Shown: positions 1 to 9,250 of the stretch, piece by piece | How positions within the stretch are numbered: the stretch's first letter is position 1 | How the letters are laid out: each line of letters opens with the position of its first letter | Origin: Eubacteriales bacterium | GTDB taxonomy: Bacteria > Bacillota > Clostridia > Oscillospirales > CAG-272 | Length of the DNA: 64,000 nt | Assembly (NCBI GenBank): GCA_045544195.1 | Contig: JAZPYO010000034.1 | Span: 18,881-82,880 of the forward strand | Reading direction: 5' to 3' | Program-made: the position numbers and the translations under genes | Notes under the pieces: model-generated | What the model saw: only the letters and a program-made list of their open reading frames with translations | What the model was told of the DNA's origin: nothing | Databases searched by the model: none

Positions 1-1175
1 TTAAAACAAGACTCAAGGGTCATCCTATGCAAATGCCTCTTTCAGTTGAGATACTCGGCAGAACATTTAACGGTGCAGGCATGCCGATCGACGGAATGGG
101 TGAGATATTTGCAGATAAGGTCTGCGACATAAACGGATTACCTATAAATCCCATAGCAAGAGAATACCCGAGAGATTATATCGCTACGGGCATATCATCC
201 ATAGATGTTATGTCAACGCTGATAAGAGGGCAGAAGCTGCCCATATTCACAGGTGCAGGTATGAAGCATAACGAGCTTGCATCACAGATAGTGCGTCAGG
301 CGCATTTGCAGGGTGTTGACGATGACAGATTTGCTATTGTTTTCGCCTCAATGGGCGTAAGCGCCGATGTTGCGGAGTATTTTAAGGCATCATTTTCAAA
401 TGCGGGAGTTTCCTCAAGGGTCGTAATGTTCCTTAATCTTTCATCTGACCCCGTTATTGAAAGAATACTTACCCCGCGCTGTGCGCTTACCGCGGCAGAA
501 TATCTTGCTTATGAGCTTGGTATGCATATACTCGTAATTATGACTGATATGACATCGTATGCCGAGGCAGTGCGTGAATTCAGCTCTTCAAAGGGCGAAA
601 TACCGGGAAGAAAGGGATATCCCGGATATCTGTATTCCGACCTTGCCTCTCTTTACGAAAGAGCAGGAATAATAAAGGGTAAGGAGGGCTCTGTTACTCA
701 GCTTCCGATACTGACGATGCCCAATGATGACATAACACACCCCGTGCCTGACCTTACGGGATATATAACGGAAGGGCAGATCGTTCTTGACAGAGCGCTT
801 TCATCAAAGGGGATATATCCGCCTGTCGCAGTATTGCCTTCGCTTTCAAGGCTTATGAAGGACTGTATTGGAGAGGGATATACGAGAGATGACCATTCAG
901 AGCTTGCAAATCAGCTTTTCTCTATGTATGCAAAGGTCGTCGATGCAAGAGCGCTTTCGTCTGTAATCGGCGAGGAGGAGCTTTCCGAAAAGGATAAAAA
1001 ATATATAAAATTCGGCAAGCGGTTTGAAGAGGAATTTATCAATCAATCCTCTGAGGAAAACCGTTCAATGCAGGAGTCGCTCGATCTCGGCTGGGACCTT
1101 CTGTCAACCTTTGACGAAAGCGAGCTTGACAGGATCAAGAAGCCTACATTAGAGAAATATTTCAGAAAAAAATAA
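1..1175 (+). CDS. ntpB: V-type ATP synthase subunit B (5' end cut by window edge)
   Basis: The frame is open from the window edge, with no in-frame stop before position 27. The translation shows A/V-ATPase B-subunit patterns ([52 protein letters not shown]). The subunit D gene follows directly. Confidence 0.9.
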   Translation, partial: KTRLKGHPMQMPLSVEILGRTFNGAGMPIDGMGEIFADKVCDINGLPINPIAREYPRDYIATGISSIDVMSTLIRGQKLPIFTGAGMKHNELASQIVRQAHLQGVDDDRFAIVFASMGVSADVAEYFKASFSNAGVSSRVVMFLNLSSDPVIERILTPRCALTAAEYLAYELGMHILVIMTDMTSYAEAVREFSSSKGEIPGRKGYPGYLYSDLASLYERAGIIKGKEGSVTQLPILTMPNDDITHPVPDLTGYITEGQIVLDRALSSKGIYPPVAVLPSLSRLMKDCIGEGYTRDDHSELANQLFSMYAKVVDARALSSVIGEEELSEKDKKYIKFGKRFEEEFINQSSEENRSMQESLDLGWDLLSTFDESELDRIKKPTLEKYFRKK

Positions 1176-1193
1176 CGAAAGGGAGAAGCAAAA

Positions 1194-1799
1194 ATGGCTT
1201 TAGCCCCAACTAAAGGCAATCTGATAAATTTAAAAAAATCTCTTGCGCTTGCCGAAAACGGCTATGAGCTGCTTGACAGAAAAAGAAATATTCTCGTTCG
1301 TGAGATGCTTCGGCTGATAGACGATGCGGAAAGCATACAGAACGCCATTGATAAAAGCTATGAAAAGGCATATGAGGCACTTCAGGCGGCAAACGTATCG
1401 CTCGGAATAATTGCCGTTCAGTCAGCCGCATCTGCTGACATAGACGATTCTCTTTCGATCTCATACAGAAGCGTAATGGGTGTGGAGATACCGTCAGCTT
1501 CAATAAAGAGCGACAGCGCTGTACTGCCCGATTTCGGTCTTCATACATCAAATGCATTTCTCGACGAGGCATTTATAAATTTCAACAGAGTAAAGGTGCT
1601 GACTGTCCGTCTTGCAGAGATCGAAAACAGTGTATACCGCCTTGCTAATGCAGTCAAAAAAACGAGGAAAAGAGCTAACTCTCTTAAAAACATCGTTATT
1701 CCCGATTTCAAAACTCAGATAAAGTTTATATCAGATGTGCTTGAGGAAAAGGAAAGAGAAGAATTTTCTCGCTTAAAGGTGATAAAAAGACGAAAATAA
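1194..1799 (+). CDS. ntpD: V-type ATP synthase subunit D
   Basis: 201 aa. The N-terminus APTKGNLINLKKSLALAENGYELLDRKRNIL is typical of V-ATPase D. It sits 18 nt after ntpB behind a GGGAGAAG RBS, and a terminator hairpin overlaps its 3' end. Confidence 0.85.
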   Translation: MALAPTKGNLINLKKSLALAENGYELLDRKRNILVREMLRLIDDAESIQNAIDKSYEKAYEALQAANVSLGIIAVQSAASADIDDSLSISYRSVMGVEIPSASIKSDSAVLPDFGLHTSNAFLDEAFINFNRVKVLTVRLAEIENSVYRLANAVKKTRKRANSLKNIVIPDFKTQIKFISDVLEEKEREEFSRLKVIKRRK

Positions 1800-1811
1800 T
1801 CGTCTTTTTTT
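1785..1811 (+). terminator. Rho-independent terminator after ntpD
   Basis: AAAAGACG (1785-1792), loop, CGTCTTTT (1801-1808), running into a T-tract. Confidence 0.6.
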
Positions 1812-1822
1812 CGTCAAAGCTA

Positions 1823-1851
1823 TTGCAAAATCGTTTTGGGTAGGATATAAT
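1823..1851 (+). promoter_or_regulatory. Sigma-A-type promoter upstream of galU
   Basis: TTGCAA (1823-1828), 17-nt spacer, TATAAT (1846-1851). Confidence 0.5.
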
Positions 1852-1919
1852 ATTACAGATTGATATTTTTTTAACATAAATATATCTGCGCCGCAATTTG
1901 TCGGCAGAAGGAGTACGAT

Positions 1920-2798
1920 ATGAAGAAAATCACCAAAGCAGTCATACCCGCAGCAGGTCTCGGAACGAGGATGCTGCCCATCGCACGTACCGTGCCGAAG
2001 GAGATGCTGCCCATAGTTGACCGTCCTTCTATGGAGTATCTTGTAAGAGAAGCGGTCGAATCGGGTATTACCGATATTCTTATAATCAACGGCAGAAACA
2101 AAAATGTTATTGAGGACTATTTTGATTATTCCGTTGAGTATGATAATAACCTCAGAGCCAAAAATAAGCAGAAGGAGCTTGCGGATATAGAAAGCGTTTG
2201 CTCGCTTGCCAACGTGTATTTCATTCGCCAGAAGGTCACAAGAGGTCTCGGACACGCTATTTCATGCGCAAGATCGTTTATCGGAGACGAGCCGTTTGCA
2301 GTGCTGTACGGCGATGATATAATGTATTCGGATACAAAGCCCGTTACAAAGCAGCTTATTGATGCTTTTGAAAAGTACGGAAAGGCAACAGCAGGCGTTT
2401 GCAGAGTTTCAGATGAAGATGTAAAGCGTTACTGCTCACTAAAGACCGATCATATAAACGAAAATATTTATGCCGTTTCCGATATGGTTGAAAAGCCCCA
2501 GACCCCTGAAGAGAAATTTTCCAATTTCTCTATTCTTGGCAGAGTAGTTCTCACGCCCGATATATTCGATATACTTGATAATACAAAGCCAGGTGCAGGC
2601 GGTGAGATTCAGCTTACCGACGCTATGCGCGTTCTTGCACAGACGGTCGGTATGACCGCCGTTGAATATGACGGAGTAAGATACGATATGGGAGATAAGC
2701 TCGGATTTCTCAAGGCGAATGTGGAATTTGCTTTAAGACATCCCACGCTTGCCGATAGCTTCAAGGAATATCTGCGCGATATTGTAAACGATCTTTGA
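1920..2798 (+). CDS. galU: UTP--glucose-1-phosphate uridylyltransferase
   Basis: 292 aa. The N-terminal AVIPAAGLGTRMLPIARTVPKEMLPIVDRP nucleotidyltransferase signature and VLYGDD are present. AGAAGGAG RBS. Confidence 0.9.
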   Translation: MKKITKAVIPAAGLGTRMLPIARTVPKEMLPIVDRPSMEYLVREAVESGITDILIINGRNKNVIEDYFDYSVEYDNNLRAKNKQKELADIESVCSLANVYFIRQKVTRGLGHAISCARSFIGDEPFAVLYGDDIMYSDTKPVTKQLIDAFEKYGKATAGVCRVSDEDVKRYCSLKTDHINENIYAVSDMVEKPQTPEEKFSNFSILGRVVLTPDIFDILDNTKPGAGGEIQLTDAMRVLAQTVGMTAVEYDGVRYDMGDKLGFLKANVEFALRHPTLADSFKEYLRDIVNDL

Positions 2799-2840
2799 TC
2801 TTGCAAAAAATAATGCTTAAGTGCGGAAAAGGTGAGCGAT

Positions 2841-3347
2841 ATGGAAGATAACGCAAAAAACCTTCGGGTGAATAAGGCGAACTATTACTTGGACATTGCA
2901 CAGACGGTGCTTGAAAGAAGCACCTGCATAAGACGTAAGTTCGGTGCGATAATCGTCAAAAACGATATTATCGTTTCAACAGGCTATAACGGCGCACCGC
3001 GAGGACGTGTAAACTGCTCAGATATAGGAAACTGTATGCGTGATAAGCTCGGTATACCCAGAGGGGAAAGATACGAGCTTTGCCGTTCTGTACATGCAGA
3101 GGCAAACGCCATAATTGCCGCATCAAGATCCGATATGCTTGACAGTGTACTGTATCTTGCATGTGTTGACGGCAAAACGGGCGAGCTTCTTCCGGGTACG
3201 TGCTGCTGCCAGATGTGTAAAAGACTCGTTATAAACGCGGGTATATCAAAGGTAGTTGTTCGCGAAAACAAAAATGAATTTACCGTATATAACGTGAGAG
3301 ATTGGATATTCAACGATGACAGTCTTTCAGGTACGTTCGGTTATTGA
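2841..3347 (+). CDS. comEB: dCMP deaminase (ComEB family cytidine/deoxycytidylate deaminase)
   Basis: Zinc-site motifs HAEANAI and PGTCCCQMCKRLVINAGI. The AAGGTGA RBS favours ATG 2841 over the GTG at 2832 listed in the ORF track. Confidence 0.85.
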   Translation: MEDNAKNLRVNKANYYLDIAQTVLERSTCIRRKFGAIIVKNDIIVSTGYNGAPRGRVNCSDIGNCMRDKLGIPRGERYELCRSVHAEANAIIAASRSDMLDSVLYLACVDGKTGELLPGTCCCQMCKRLVINAGISKVVVRENKNEFTVYNVRDWIFNDDSLSGTFGY

Positions 3348-3359
3348 GAAAGGTTTAAA

Positions 3360-3824
3360 ATGGACAGTATCCCCCCTAATTTATCAAAGATAGAATGTGT
3401 TCCGCTTAACAGCTCTCATATACAGGATGTGTATGCAGTCGAAAAGGATTGCTTTACAGATCCGTGGAGCGAGGAAATGTTTGTTCAGCTTTTATCAAAT
3501 CCTCTTGCGGTATATACCGTCGCTGTTTATAATGGAAAAGCTATCGGGTATGCAGGACTTTATCACATCCTTTCGGAAGGGCAGATAATGAACGTTGCAG
3601 TCACACCCGAAATGAGAAGGCAGGGAATTGCCGAAAAGATGCTGAAGGTGCTCGTTGACTATGCAAAGGAAAATGACATAGAGGTAATGACGCTGGAGGC
3701 AAGAAAAAGCAATAACGCCGCAATTTCCTTATATGAAAAGCTGGGATTTGAAATAGTAGGAGAGAGAAAGGGTTACTATCAGCATCCGTCTGACGATGCT
3801 GTGCTGATGAACCTGACCGTTTAA
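3360..3824 (+). CDS. rimI: GNAT N-acetyltransferase, ribosomal-protein-alanine acetyltransferase type
   Basis: 154 aa with the acetyl-CoA motif QIMNVAVTPEMRRQGIAEKML. It lies immediately upstream of tsaD, as in the conserved rimI-tsaD arrangement. Confidence 0.8.
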   Translation: MDSIPPNLSKIECVPLNSSHIQDVYAVEKDCFTDPWSEEMFVQLLSNPLAVYTVAVYNGKAIGYAGLYHILSEGQIMNVAVTPEMRRQGIAEKMLKVLVDYAKENDIEVMTLEARKSNNAAISLYEKLGFEIVGERKGYYQHPSDDAVLMNLTV

Positions 3825-3826
3825 TT

Positions 3827-4843
3827 ATGTATATTTTAGGCATTGAAAGCTCGTGTGACGAAACATCAGTTGCCGTTATAGAAAATCAAGGCGGTGTCAA
3901 AAGCAGAATACTGTCAAATGTTATAGCTTCATCTGTCGATCAGCACGCACTGTACGGCGGCGTCGTTCCCGAAATAGCCAGCCGCGCACACGCAGAATCA
4001 ATATACGGCGTCACTCGTCAGGCGTTGAAGCTCGCAGACATTCCCCTTGAAAAAATAGACTGCATAGCAGTCACATCACGCCCCGGACTTATCGGCTCGT
4101 TGCTCGTAGGCGTTAATTTTGCAAAATCCCTAGCGTTTGCGAACGGTATACCGCTTGTAAGTGTTCATCACATAAAGGGTCATATAGCGGCAAATTTTCT
4201 TGTTGAGGATGCGCCGGAGCCACCGTTCTTTTCACTTGTAATGTCAGGCGGACATACGTCGTTTATAAACGTAAAAAGCGTATACGATATGGAAAACGTA
4301 GGCAGTACACGTGATGATGCAATAGGCGAAGCGTTTGATAAGGCAGGAAGAGTAATAGGTCTTTCCTATCCGTGCGGGGCTGAAATGGACAAGCTGGCAT
4401 ATCTGGGTGATCCTGATGCAATAAAGCTCCCGCTTGCGATAATTAAGGACGATTCACTCGATTTTTCGTTTTCGGGATTGAAAACATCAGTCATCAATTA
4501 CGTAAACACAAATAAAATGAGAAACGAGGAAATATCCGCGCAGGATGTTGCCGCTTCGTTTACAAAAACTGTTTGTGCATCAGTCATAAACAGATTGGCA
4601 AGAGCTTACGAAAGATATAAATTTGATAAATTTGTAATATCCGGCGGAGTTGCGGCAAATTCGCATTTGCGTTCGGCAATAGCGGATTTTTGTGACAAAA
4701 ACGATATAAAATTCTATATGCCACCCGTTTCACTGTGCGGTGATAACGGTGCAATGATAGCTGCACAGGGCGTTTTTGAATTCCGTGCAGGCAATTTGGA
4801 AAGCGAGTCTCTTAACGCTAAAGCGTCAGAGCCGGTATGTTAA
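3827..4843 (+). CDS. tsaD: tRNA N6-adenosine threonylcarbamoyltransferase
   Basis: 338 aa. ILGIESSCDETSVAV, metal-binding VHHIKGHIAA, SGGVAANS and CGDNGAMIA are present. Confidence 0.92.
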   Translation: MYILGIESSCDETSVAVIENQGGVKSRILSNVIASSVDQHALYGGVVPEIASRAHAESIYGVTRQALKLADIPLEKIDCIAVTSRPGLIGSLLVGVNFAKSLAFANGIPLVSVHHIKGHIAANFLVEDAPEPPFFSLVMSGGHTSFINVKSVYDMENVGSTRDDAIGEAFDKAGRVIGLSYPCGAEMDKLAYLGDPDAIKLPLAIIKDDSLDFSFSGLKTSVINYVNTNKMRNEEISAQDVAASFTKTVCASVINRLARAYERYKFDKFVISGGVAANSHLRSAIADFCDKNDIKFYMPPVSLCGDNGAMIAAQGVFEFRAGNLESESLNAKASEPVC

Positions 4844-4983
4844 TTTTGAGAATAGTTAAAATTGTTAACCTGTGTTCACAATTTTCGTCAAATTAACTAT
4901 TGACAACTCAAAAATTTCCATATTAATTACTTTTTTCGTGCATTAAAAAACATAACAGAGGCTTTAGTGAATTTTCCGAATGA

Positions 4984-5076
4984 TGTGGATAACTTTCTCA
5001 TTTTTCGCTAAAATCCCGATGTAATGCCCGTTTTGATGGTGGAAAATGTGGAATACCCTGTGGAAAGTGTGGATTT
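4984..5076. promoter_or_regulatory. Cluster of DnaA-box-like 9-mers, all in the same orientation (TTATCCACA on the minus strand)
   Basis: There is one perfect box, TGTGGATAA (4984-4992). Three boxes have two mismatches each: TGTGGAATA (5047-5055), TGTGGAAAG (5059-5067) and TGTGGATTT (5068-5076). An extra GGTGGAAAA starts at 5039. The cluster lies in a 380-bp non-coding spacer and is followed by a very AT-rich stretch. Confidence 0.45.
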
Positions 5077-5251
5077 CTCAATAATAATACGGTGTATTTT
5101 TAATCACTTTTGAAATATGGTTAAAATCACAAGACGTTTTTCACACTTGTCTTTAATGTAAAAAATGTCAGAAAAATACATTTTAAAAAGTAAGAGATAG
5201 AATATTAACAAAATATAAATTTTGAAGCGTGGAAAGTGGAAAGGTGATATT

Positions 5252-6424
5252 ATGATAAACGAAAAAGAAAAATATAAATCATATGTTGACGATGCGGCAG
5301 AGAAATTCAAAGCGCTTATGTATGAACAGCTTGCCCGCGTAGAGAAGATAAACTCAACGAAGGATTTCGTTGATTATTCAAAGCTCGACAAGATAGTTAT
5401 CGGTGTTACAGGCGGTGACGGAATTGGTCCTACGATCACAAACGCCGCTGCAAGCGTTCTCGAAATGCTTCTTGCGGATAAAATTGCAAGCGGTAAGGTG
5501 GAAATACGCAATATAGAAGGTCTCACCATAGAAAACCGTGTCGCTCATATGCAGGCTATTCCCGATGACGTTATGGAGGAAATATATAAATGTGATGTTA
5601 TCCTCAAGGGACCTACAACGACCCCGCACGCAGGCGACGGTCTGCCGAATATCGAAAGCGCTAATGTTGCAATGCGTAAAAATCTCGATCTTTTTGCAAA
5701 TGTCCGTCCTGTAAAGGTTCCCGACCAGGGCATAGACTGGACGTTTTTCAGAGAGAATACTGAGGGCGCATACGCAGTAGGCAGTAAGGGCGTTCACGTA
5801 ACAGATGATCTCGGTGTTGATTTCTGCGTTGCAACAACCGAGGGCTGTGAAAGGATCGCGCGCCTTGCATACGATTACGCAAGAAAGAACGGCAAGGAAA
5901 GAGTTTCAATAGTCACTAAGGCGAATATTATTAAAACAACAGACGGAAAATTCCTTAACATTGCAAAAACGGTAGGACAGGAGTATCCCGAGATAGTAAC
6001 TGATGAATGGTTCATAGATATTATGACCGCAAAGCTCGTTGACGAAAAGAGAAGAGGAGATTTTAAGGTATTTATTCTTCCCAATCTTTACGGAGACATC
6101 ATAACTGACGAAGCGGCTGAATTCCAGGGCGGCGTCGGTACGGCGGGCAGCGCCAACATCGGTAAAAGATATGCAATGTTTGAGGCTATTCACGGCTCAG
6201 CGCCGCGTATGGTCAACGAGGGCAGAGCAATATACGCCGATCCCTGCTCAATGCTCAGAGCGACGGTGCTTCTTTTGTCACATATCGGTTATCAGAGTGA
6301 AGCTGACAGACTTGAAAGAGCTCTTGATATATGTATGTTTGAGGAAAAGAAGCTGAAGGTAACGGGCAGAAATACAGGTGCTACCTGCGAGGAATTTGTT
6401 TCTTACGTAAAAGAAAAGCTCTGA
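5252..6424 (+). CDS. Isocitrate/isopropylmalate dehydrogenase family protein, probably isocitrate dehydrogenase
   Basis: GGDGIGP; KGPTTTP...ESANVAMRKNLDLFANVRPV matches the ICDH S-x-N...R substrate loop; NLYGDIITDEAA is also present. The GGAAAGGTGA RBS favours ATG 5252 over TTG 5222. Confidence 0.75.
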   Translation: MINEKEKYKSYVDDAAEKFKALMYEQLARVEKINSTKDFVDYSKLDKIVIGVTGGDGIGPTITNAAASVLEMLLADKIASGKVEIRNIEGLTIENRVAHMQAIPDDVMEEIYKCDVILKGPTTTPHAGDGLPNIESANVAMRKNLDLFANVRPVKVPDQGIDWTFFRENTEGAYAVGSKGVHVTDDLGVDFCVATTEGCERIARLAYDYARKNGKERVSIVTKANIIKTTDGKFLNIAKTVGQEYPEIVTDEWFIDIMTAKLVDEKRRGDFKVFILPNLYGDIITDEAAEFQGGVGTAGSANIGKRYAMFEAIHGSAPRMVNEGRAIYADPCSMLRATVLLLSHIGYQSEADRLERALDICMFEEKKLKVTGRNTGATCEEFVSYVKEKL

Positions 6425-6445
6425 TTGCGTTTACGCATAATTCTT

Positions 6446-6474
6446 GCGGCACGTTATCGTGCCGCTTTGGTTTT
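6446..6474 (+). terminator. Rho-independent terminator after the dehydrogenase gene
   Basis: GCGGCACG-TTAT-CGTGCCGC followed by TTTGGTTTT. Confidence 0.7.
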
Positions 6475-6491
6475 AAATGGACGAGGTAAAT

Positions 6492-7190
6492 ATGTCACCT
6501 AAAAAATCAGATATATTCAATTCTGTATATAAACCGAAATTAAAAAAATCCGCAAAGGAGATATATGATACCGTTCCTCCCGCTGTTGTGCGAAGAATGC
6601 CGAGATATTTCCGTTACCTGCGCGATCTTTTGAATAACGATATTCTTCGTGTTTCCTCAGGTGAGCTTGCACATCTTATGGGAACGACTTCATCGCAGAT
6701 ACGTCAGGATTTTAATTGCTTCGGTGATTTCGGTCAGCAGGGATATGGATATAATGTAAAGTTCCTTTATACGCAGATCAGCAGAATACTCGGCGTCAAT
6801 AAAAAGTATCCTGCGGTCATTATCGGATCGGGTGAGCTTTGTACAGCTCTGCTCAATACAACAGGCTTCGATATACGAGGTGTTTGCGTTGTGGGCGTGT
6901 TCGATATAAATGAAGAAAATACAGGAAAGAAAAACGGTGCGTATACGGTACAGCATATTTCACGCCTTAAGGAGTTTTGCCAAAAGGAGCCCGTAAGTCT
7001 TGCGGTCGTTGCATCGTTGGATGCCGATGCATCTGTATGCGATGTCATAAAAGAAGCAGGCATAAAAGGAATATGGAATTTTTCCGGCAAGGAATTTTCA
7101 CCTGAGGGAATAAAATGTCGGAATGTTATGTTTGGCGACTCGCTTATGCTCCTTATGTACGATATCGGAGTTAGCGATGAGGATATGTGA
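6492..7190 (+). CDS. rex: Redox-sensing transcriptional repressor Rex
   Basis: VVRRMPRYFRYLRDLL plus the SSGELAHLMGTTSSQIRQDFNCFG winged-helix region, followed by a Rossmann segment VIIGSGELC. GAGG precedes ATG 6492. Confidence 0.9.
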   Translation: MSPKKSDIFNSVYKPKLKKSAKEIYDTVPPAVVRRMPRYFRYLRDLLNNDILRVSSGELAHLMGTTSSQIRQDFNCFGDFGQQGYGYNVKFLYTQISRILGVNKKYPAVIIGSGELCTALLNTTGFDIRGVCVVGVFDINEENTGKKNGAYTVQHISRLKEFCQKEPVSLAVVASLDADASVCDVIKEAGIKGIWNFSGKEFSPEGIKCRNVMFGDSLMLLMYDIGVSDEDM

Positions 7191-7223
7191 TCAGATGTTA
7201 AGCATATCGAATGGAGGCTTACA

Positions 7224-8204
7224 ATGGATATAAATTATGCATCGAAGGTGTTGTCCTTGCCGTATGAATGTGTGATGAATGCACTCAAATCAGCAAACGC
7301 CGATCAGCTTCGTGTTATTATATATGCCTGTTCAAACGAGCAGTTTATTACAGAACCGCATAAAAACCGCGCAAGAGCAGTAAAGGATCTGCAAATGCAG
7401 TGGTCGGACATTGAATCAGCTCTTGATTTCTGGCGTGATAAGGGAGCGTTTATTGATTCAGACAGAGAAGCAGATAAGGCGCATACGGTGAAAAGATCAA
7501 GCTCTGCCGACCTGCTTAAAAAGGATGCGCCCGAGTATACGGGTAAGGAAGCGGCAGAGATCATAGAAAAAAATATCACACTGCAAAGGCTTATTGACAA
7601 ATGCGGTGCGATGCTCGGCAAGATGCTTAATAAAAACGAGGTATCGCATATAGTGTCGATGTATGACTATCTGCAGCTTTCCTCAGAATACATACAGGTT
7701 TTGTTTGAGTATTGCATAGAAAACGATAAAAAGTCTGTCGTATATATTTCAAGAATGGCATTCAGTATGTTTGACAGTGATATAACCACGGTTGAAGGCT
7801 TGAAGCTCATGCTTGAAGAGGAAAGAAAGAAAAACGATCTTCTTTACCGCATAAAAGAGCTGTTTGGTATCGGCGCGCGTACGCTTACAACAAGGGAAAA
7901 AAGCTGTATAAATAAGTGGATAGACGAGTATAAGACTCCGTTTGAGCTTATAACAGAGGCGTATGAAATTACAGTAGATAAAACGGGTGATGCTTCCGTC
8001 GTATACGCAAATGCTATTCTGAAACGCTGGTTCGAGGCAGGATATACGACACTGGAGCAAACTAAGGCGGAGGCTGAAAGCTACAAAGCAAGCAAGAAGG
8101 CGAAGGAGCAAAAAAATCAGAATAACGCCAAAATGGGCAATTTTGATGAGGAAGAATTTTTAGATCTTGCTCTCAAAAGGAGCTACAAGGGCACAAATAA
8201 TTAA
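7224..8204 (+). CDS. DnaD-domain replication initiation / helicase-loading protein (DnaB/DnaD family)
   Basis: Two DnaD-like C-terminal repeats are present (EVSHIVSMYDYLQLSSEYIQVLFEYC...YISRMAF and REKSCINKWIDEY...YANAILKRWFEAGYTTLEQ). It is followed by a dnaI-like gene, as in the dnaB-dnaI operon of Bacillus. Confidence 0.7.
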   Translation: MDINYASKVLSLPYECVMNALKSANADQLRVIIYACSNEQFITEPHKNRARAVKDLQMQWSDIESALDFWRDKGAFIDSDREADKAHTVKRSSSADLLKKDAPEYTGKEAAEIIEKNITLQRLIDKCGAMLGKMLNKNEVSHIVSMYDYLQLSSEYIQVLFEYCIENDKKSVVYISRMAFSMFDSDITTVEGLKLMLEEERKKNDLLYRIKELFGIGARTLTTREKSCINKWIDEYKTPFELITEAYEITVDKTGDASVVYANAILKRWFEAGYTTLEQTKAEAESYKASKKAKEQKNQNNAKMGNFDEEEFLDLALKRSYKGTNN

Positions 8205-8221
8205 TACAGAGGGAATCTGCT

Positions 8222-9202
8222 ATGGCTTACAGAGATGATGTATATATATCGGTAAAGCGTGAGTTTGAGGAAAACTCTCAAAGGGCGCGAAGGGACGCCG
8301 AGCAGCGCCGCAGATCGCTGTCTGCAAAGTATCCTGAAATAGAAGAAGTAGAAAGAAAGCTCTCGCTGACAGCTCTTTCTGTTTTTAAGGCTGCAACCAT
8401 GGGTACAGGTGAGCTTCAGTCCAGAATTGATGCCGTAAAGGCAGAAAATCAAATGCTTTTACAGCGCAGAAGAGAGCTTTTGAGATCATACGGATTTCCC
8501 GAAAACTATTTTGAACCCGCTTATAGCTGCAATATATGTAATGATTTGGGCTTCAAGGATGGCATAATGTGTCAGTGTATGCAAAGAAGACTGTCTGTCC
8601 GTATGCTTGAAATATCGGGCATAGGCTCTCTTGCTAAAAAGATGCGTCTTGACAATTTTGATCTTTCGTATTATTCCGATGATCCTGACGGATACAGAAA
8701 TATGCAAGCTACTTACAATGCAGTCAAAAGATTTTGTGATGACTTCAACGGAAGGGATGACGACAGTCTTCTGTTTTTAGGCAATACCGGTACTGGAAAA
8801 ACTCATCTTTCCGTGGCAGCCGCCGTTGAGATAGTTAACAAGGGCTACTATGTTATCTACAATACATCACAGAATATTTTTGATGATTTTGTATATGATA
8901 AAACGCATATTTCCACAAACGAAATATCGAGGGCGGAAAAGTATTTCAAATGTGAGCTTTTGGTAATAGACGATCTCGGTACGGAAAATATCACGCAATT
9001 TTCAATAGCATCCTTATACAATCTTATAAACACGAGAAGATGTGACGGAAAAGCAACTATCATAAATACAAATCTTACGCATAAGGACTTGAGAAGCAAA
9101 TATGATGACCGTATATTTTCACGTCTTATGGGAGAATTTTCACCGTATCTCTTCAAGGGCAAGGACATACGTATGAAAAAGCTGATAGGACATATCGATT
9201 GA
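8222..9202 (+). CDS. dnaI: DnaI/DnaC-type AAA+ helicase loader
   Basis: N-terminal Cys cluster CNICNDLGF...CQCM, Walker A LFLGNTGTGKTHL and Walker B LLVIDDLG. 326 aa. Confidence 0.75.
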   Translation: MAYRDDVYISVKREFEENSQRARRDAEQRRRSLSAKYPEIEEVERKLSLTALSVFKAATMGTGELQSRIDAVKAENQMLLQRRRELLRSYGFPENYFEPAYSCNICNDLGFKDGIMCQCMQRRLSVRMLEISGIGSLAKKMRLDNFDLSYYSDDPDGYRNMQATYNAVKRFCDDFNGRDDDSLLFLGNTGTGKTHLSVAAAVEIVNKGYYVIYNTSQNIFDDFVYDKTHISTNEISRAEKYFKCELLVIDDLGTENITQFSIASLYNLINTRRCDGKATIINTNLTHKDLRSKYDDRIFSRLMGEFSPYLFKGKDIRMKKLIGHID

Positions 9203-9250
9203 TCAGGCAAAAAAATATATTTTAAATACACAGTAAAAAGGGAGCAGCTT

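Noticed and set aside
4862-4881. The imperfect palindrome TTGTTAACCTGTGTTCACAA as a Rex operator. The half-sites TTGTTAA and TTCACAA match Rex half-site consensus, and a rex gene lies 1.6 kb downstream.
   Set aside because: The Rex operators I recall (TTGTGAA-N4-TTCACAA and TTGTTAA-N4-TTAACAA) have a 4-nt central spacer; this one has 6 nt. The site is also about 370 nt upstream of the next start codon. The palindrome is real, but assigning it to Rex is not supported without a clade-specific matrix or binding data.
4843-5251. Interpreting the DnaA-box cluster plus the adjacent AT-rich tract as the chromosomal origin (oriC).
   Set aside because: No dnaA, dnaN or rpmH is nearby. Genes on both sides are on the same (plus) strand, so there is no leading-strand orientation switch. 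Only one box is a perfect match. A secondary DnaA-binding cluster is the more conservative reading.
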